Origin: an uncultured Actinomycetes bacterium
Lineage (GTDB): Bacteria; Actinomycetota; Thermoleophilia; Gaiellales; Gaiellaceae
Assembly: GCA_963764565.1 (NCBI GenBank)
Contig: CAVXTD010000015.1
Location: forward strand, 2,317-66,316
DNA: 64,000 nt
Direction of reading: 5' to 3'
The notes beneath the pieces were generated by a model. The model saw only the letters and a program-made list of their open reading frames with translations, was not told the DNA's origin and made no database searches. Positions 61,887-64,000 of this stretch are shown here, one piece after another; position 1 is the stretch's first letter, and every line of letters starts with the position of its first letter. Made by a program: the position numbers and the translations under genes.

Positions 61887-63100
61887 CTACGGCCGGGGGA
61901 AGAGGAACTTTCCGGTCGCCCCCTTCCTCGGCCAGACCACGGAGGTCTTGCCTCCCTGCCACTGGTCTTCGACGATCGGCAGCTTCGACGTGTGGTCGGC
62001 GGCGAAGTGGACCGGCCGACGACGTAGGTCTTGTTCGTCTTGGCGATCGCGGCGTTCACCTTGGCCTTGTCCGTCGTGGCGGCACGCGCCATCGCGTCCA
62101 TCAGCACCTGGGCGGCGGCCGTGGAGTCGGCGATGTGCTGGCTCCAGGTCTGGCCGGTCTCCTTCTCGAACTGCTGACGGATCGCCTTCGCACCCGGATA
62201 CGGGAAGGACGGGTCCCAGTAACCGCCGACGATGACGCCGTCCGCGAGCTTGCCGACGGCCTGCGCGTACTGCACGGGCTCGGCGCCCTTCTCGATCACG
62301 ATGACCTTCGGGTGGTAGTTCGCCGCCGCCAGCTGCTTCGTCAGGGCGATTGCCGGAGGTGTGACCGCGTCGACGAGCAGGATGTCGGCGCCCTTCGACT
62401 TGGCGCTCTCGATCAGGCTCCCGAACTGGGTGGACAGCACCGGGAAGGACGCCCTGTAGACGACGGTGTATCCGAACTGCTTGGCGAACGCCGGCCAGAT
62501 CTTGCCGCCGACGACGATGCCGTCAGGGCCGTTGTCGGCGATGATCGCCACCTTCTTGTTCGTCTTCACGCCCCAGGCCGCCATCGTCCTGAACGGGGCC
62601 GATGCCAGCTCGGGCTCGAGGAAGAAGATGTCCCATGCCCAGGTCCACTTCTTGACGCTCGTGAACGCGATCAACGGGTCGCAGCCGGTCACGAGCGGGA
62701 CGCCCGCACGGTCGGCGATGACCGCACCCGCGTTCACGAGGGCAGGGGTGCACGACCCGAGCAGCGCGTCCACGTGGTTCTTCGTGATCAGGGTGCTCGT
62801 GTTGGCCGCGGTCTGGTTGGGATCGGTCTTGTCGTCGAGGAGGATCAACTTGACCTTCTTCTTTGTCCCGTCGACGGTGATCCCGCCTCTCGCGTTCTGG
62901 AGGTTCACCGCGTGCGTGTAGCCCCATTTCAGAAAGCTGCCGAAGCCGGCCAGCGGTCCACTGAGGGGCACCGAGGCGCCGATCGTGATCGTGTCGGAAG
63001 TTGAGGCGTTCGACCTGAAGCTCCAGCCGACGAGCCCGAGGGGCACCGTCAGCGCGAGCGCGAGGACGGCGACCATTGCTGTCCGTCTGTGATGCGTCAT
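61887..63100 (-). pseudogene. Liv-type (periplasmic binding protein type I) ABC substrate-binding protein, frame break near 62014
   Basis: MTHHRRTAMVAVLALALTVPLG...ITIGASVPLSGPLAGFGSF...KLILLDDKTDPNQ...; the tail VHFAADHTSKLPIVEDQWQGGKTSVVWPRKGATGKFLFPRP* is in another frame. The ATG overlaps the upstream stop (ATGA). Confidence 0.8.
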
Positions 63101-64000
63101 CGCAGTTGCCGCTCCTTTCCGTTGTGGTGTTCCGTCGCGCGCGTCGCTTGCACGAGGTGGTCGAGCAGGCGTTCGCGCACCACCTGCGCCTCGTCCGCGG
63201 TCCAGGCTCGGAACCCGCGGCCGGTCTTCATCCCCAGCTCGCCCCGCTCGACGTGGTCGCGCAGAACCTGCGCCGGCTCGGGTGTCCGGTCGAGGTGCGG
63301 CAGGACGTAGTCGTGGATGGCGAGCGTGAGATCGAGCCCGACCAGATCGGCGTTCGCCGCCGGCCCGAGCACGGGCAGGCGAAGGCCGAAGCTCTGCGTG
63401 ACCACGCGGTCGACCGTCTCCGCATCGCAAACGCCCGCGTCGACGAGTGCGAATGCTTCCCGCCAGAGCGCGTGCTGGAGGCGGTTGCCGACGAAGCCGG
63501 GGACGTCGCGCCGGACGTGCACCGGCGTCTTGCCCGCCCGCTCGAGCAGGTCGACCGTCTGCCGGACGGTCTCGGGACTGGTCCGCTCCGCCTGGACGAC
63601 CTCGACCAGTGGGATCAGGTAGGGCGGGTTCCACCAGTGCGTGCCGACGACCCGCTCTGGTTTGAGCGCGCCGGCGGCGATCTCGCCAACCGAGATCACG
63701 GACGTGTTGGTGGCGAGAATCGTTTCCGGCCGGGCGGAACGGCTCATGCGCTCGAAGAGATCGCGCTTTAGGGAGAGCTCTTCGGTCGCCGCTTCGAAGA
63801 CGACATCCGCGCTCTCGACGGCCGTCTCGAGCTCGTCGTGGAGCCCGATCGTCTCGGCTGCCCGCGGGTCGAGCTCAAGGCGCTCGAGGTTCGCGCGCAC
63901 GCGATCCGGGACGCTCTCGAGGGCCGCCGGGTGCGGATCGGTGATCGCGACCTCGTGGCCGGCGCAGGCGAAGACCTGGGCGATCCCGTGGCCCATGAGG
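63097..64000 (-). CDS. 3-hydroxyacyl-CoA dehydrogenase family protein (Hbd/PaaH-like), N-terminus outside window
   Basis: ...GHGIAQVFACAGHEV...ATNTSVISV...GTHWWNPPYLIPLVEVV...GFVGNRLQHALWREA...GLDLTLAI...GMKTGRGF... Confidence 0.85.
   Translation of the reverse strand, partial: LMGHGIAQVFACAGHEVAITDPHPAALESVPDRVRANLERLELDPRAAETIGLHDELETAVESADVVFEAATEELSLKRDLFERMSRSARPETILATNTSVISVGEIAAGALKPERVVGTHWWNPPYLIPLVEVVQAERTSPETVRQTVDLLERAGKTPVHVRRDVPGFVGNRLQHALWREAFALVDAGVCDAETVDRVVTQSFGLRLPVLGPAANADLVGLDLTLAIHDYVLPHLDRTPEPAQVLRDHVERGELGMKTGRGFRAWTADEAQVVRERLLDHLVQATRATEHHNGKERQLR

Overview
High-GC, actinobacterial-type chromosomal segment, almost entirely coding. The exact taxon cannot be determined from the sequence alone. 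I recognised no rRNA, tRNA, CRISPR array, transposase or phage gene.

Gene content, left to right:
- A GNAT acetyltransferase fragment and two tandem lipoproteins.
- Malate synthase A placed back-to-back with glycolate oxidase glcDEF.
- An arsR-arsM-arsC-acr3 operon, then capA.
- A rearranged phosphate module: phoU-phoU-pstB divergent from pstC-pstA-pstS.
- A SenX3/RegX3-like two-component pair.
- A polyphosphate island: ppk, ppx, Nudix, CYTH-CHAD and a second paralogous response regulator.
- A large alpha-glucan/trehalose cluster: malQ, glgE, treS, maltokinase, glgB, an MFS transporter, treZ, glgX.
- A mixed stretch: flavodoxin-like protein, NrtR-like regulator, BMP lipoprotein, a BNR propeller joined to a MoaD/ThiS-like tail ending in GG, a family III CoA-transferase, a DUF255 thioredoxin-fold protein, VapBC, an FAD oxidoreductase, an orphan ABC ATPase, a GlxA/AraC regulator, a beta-propeller, a DHA2 efflux MFS transporter, and an ArsR-family regulator with an MMPL transporter.
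- A tightly packed minus-strand catabolic operon: Hbd-like dehydrogenase, Liv-type ABC importer, a hydrolase-like protein, BKACE, a CMD-family protein and an M24 peptidase.

The most striking global property is roughly 40 single-base frame breaks (my hand reconstruction from the ORF track) in about 21 otherwise well-conserved genes. They are strongly clustered in pstS, treS/maltokinase and livFGMH, while many long neighbouring genes are intact. Genes that cannot be read in one frame as assembled are typed pseudogene here, but consensus indel error is an equally good explanation.

Regulatory signals I can support from the sequence:
- Four arrays of 11-nt direct repeats with a GTTCAC-type core (PHO-box-like), located before pstB, pstS, the response regulator and ppx.
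- Several -10-like hexamers 6-11 nt before start codons, suggesting leaderless mRNAs.
- Palindromic operators.
- An AT-richer, internally duplicated 300-nt glgE-treS spacer ending in a strong hairpin and a duplicated treS start site.

I did not find a convincing new multi-gene system such as a defence island. The best follow-up candidates are:
- The BNR-propeller/MoaD-like unit.
- The polyphosphate island bracketed by paralogous regulators.
- The glgE-treS spacer and treS leader.
- The hbd-ABC-BKACE operon.
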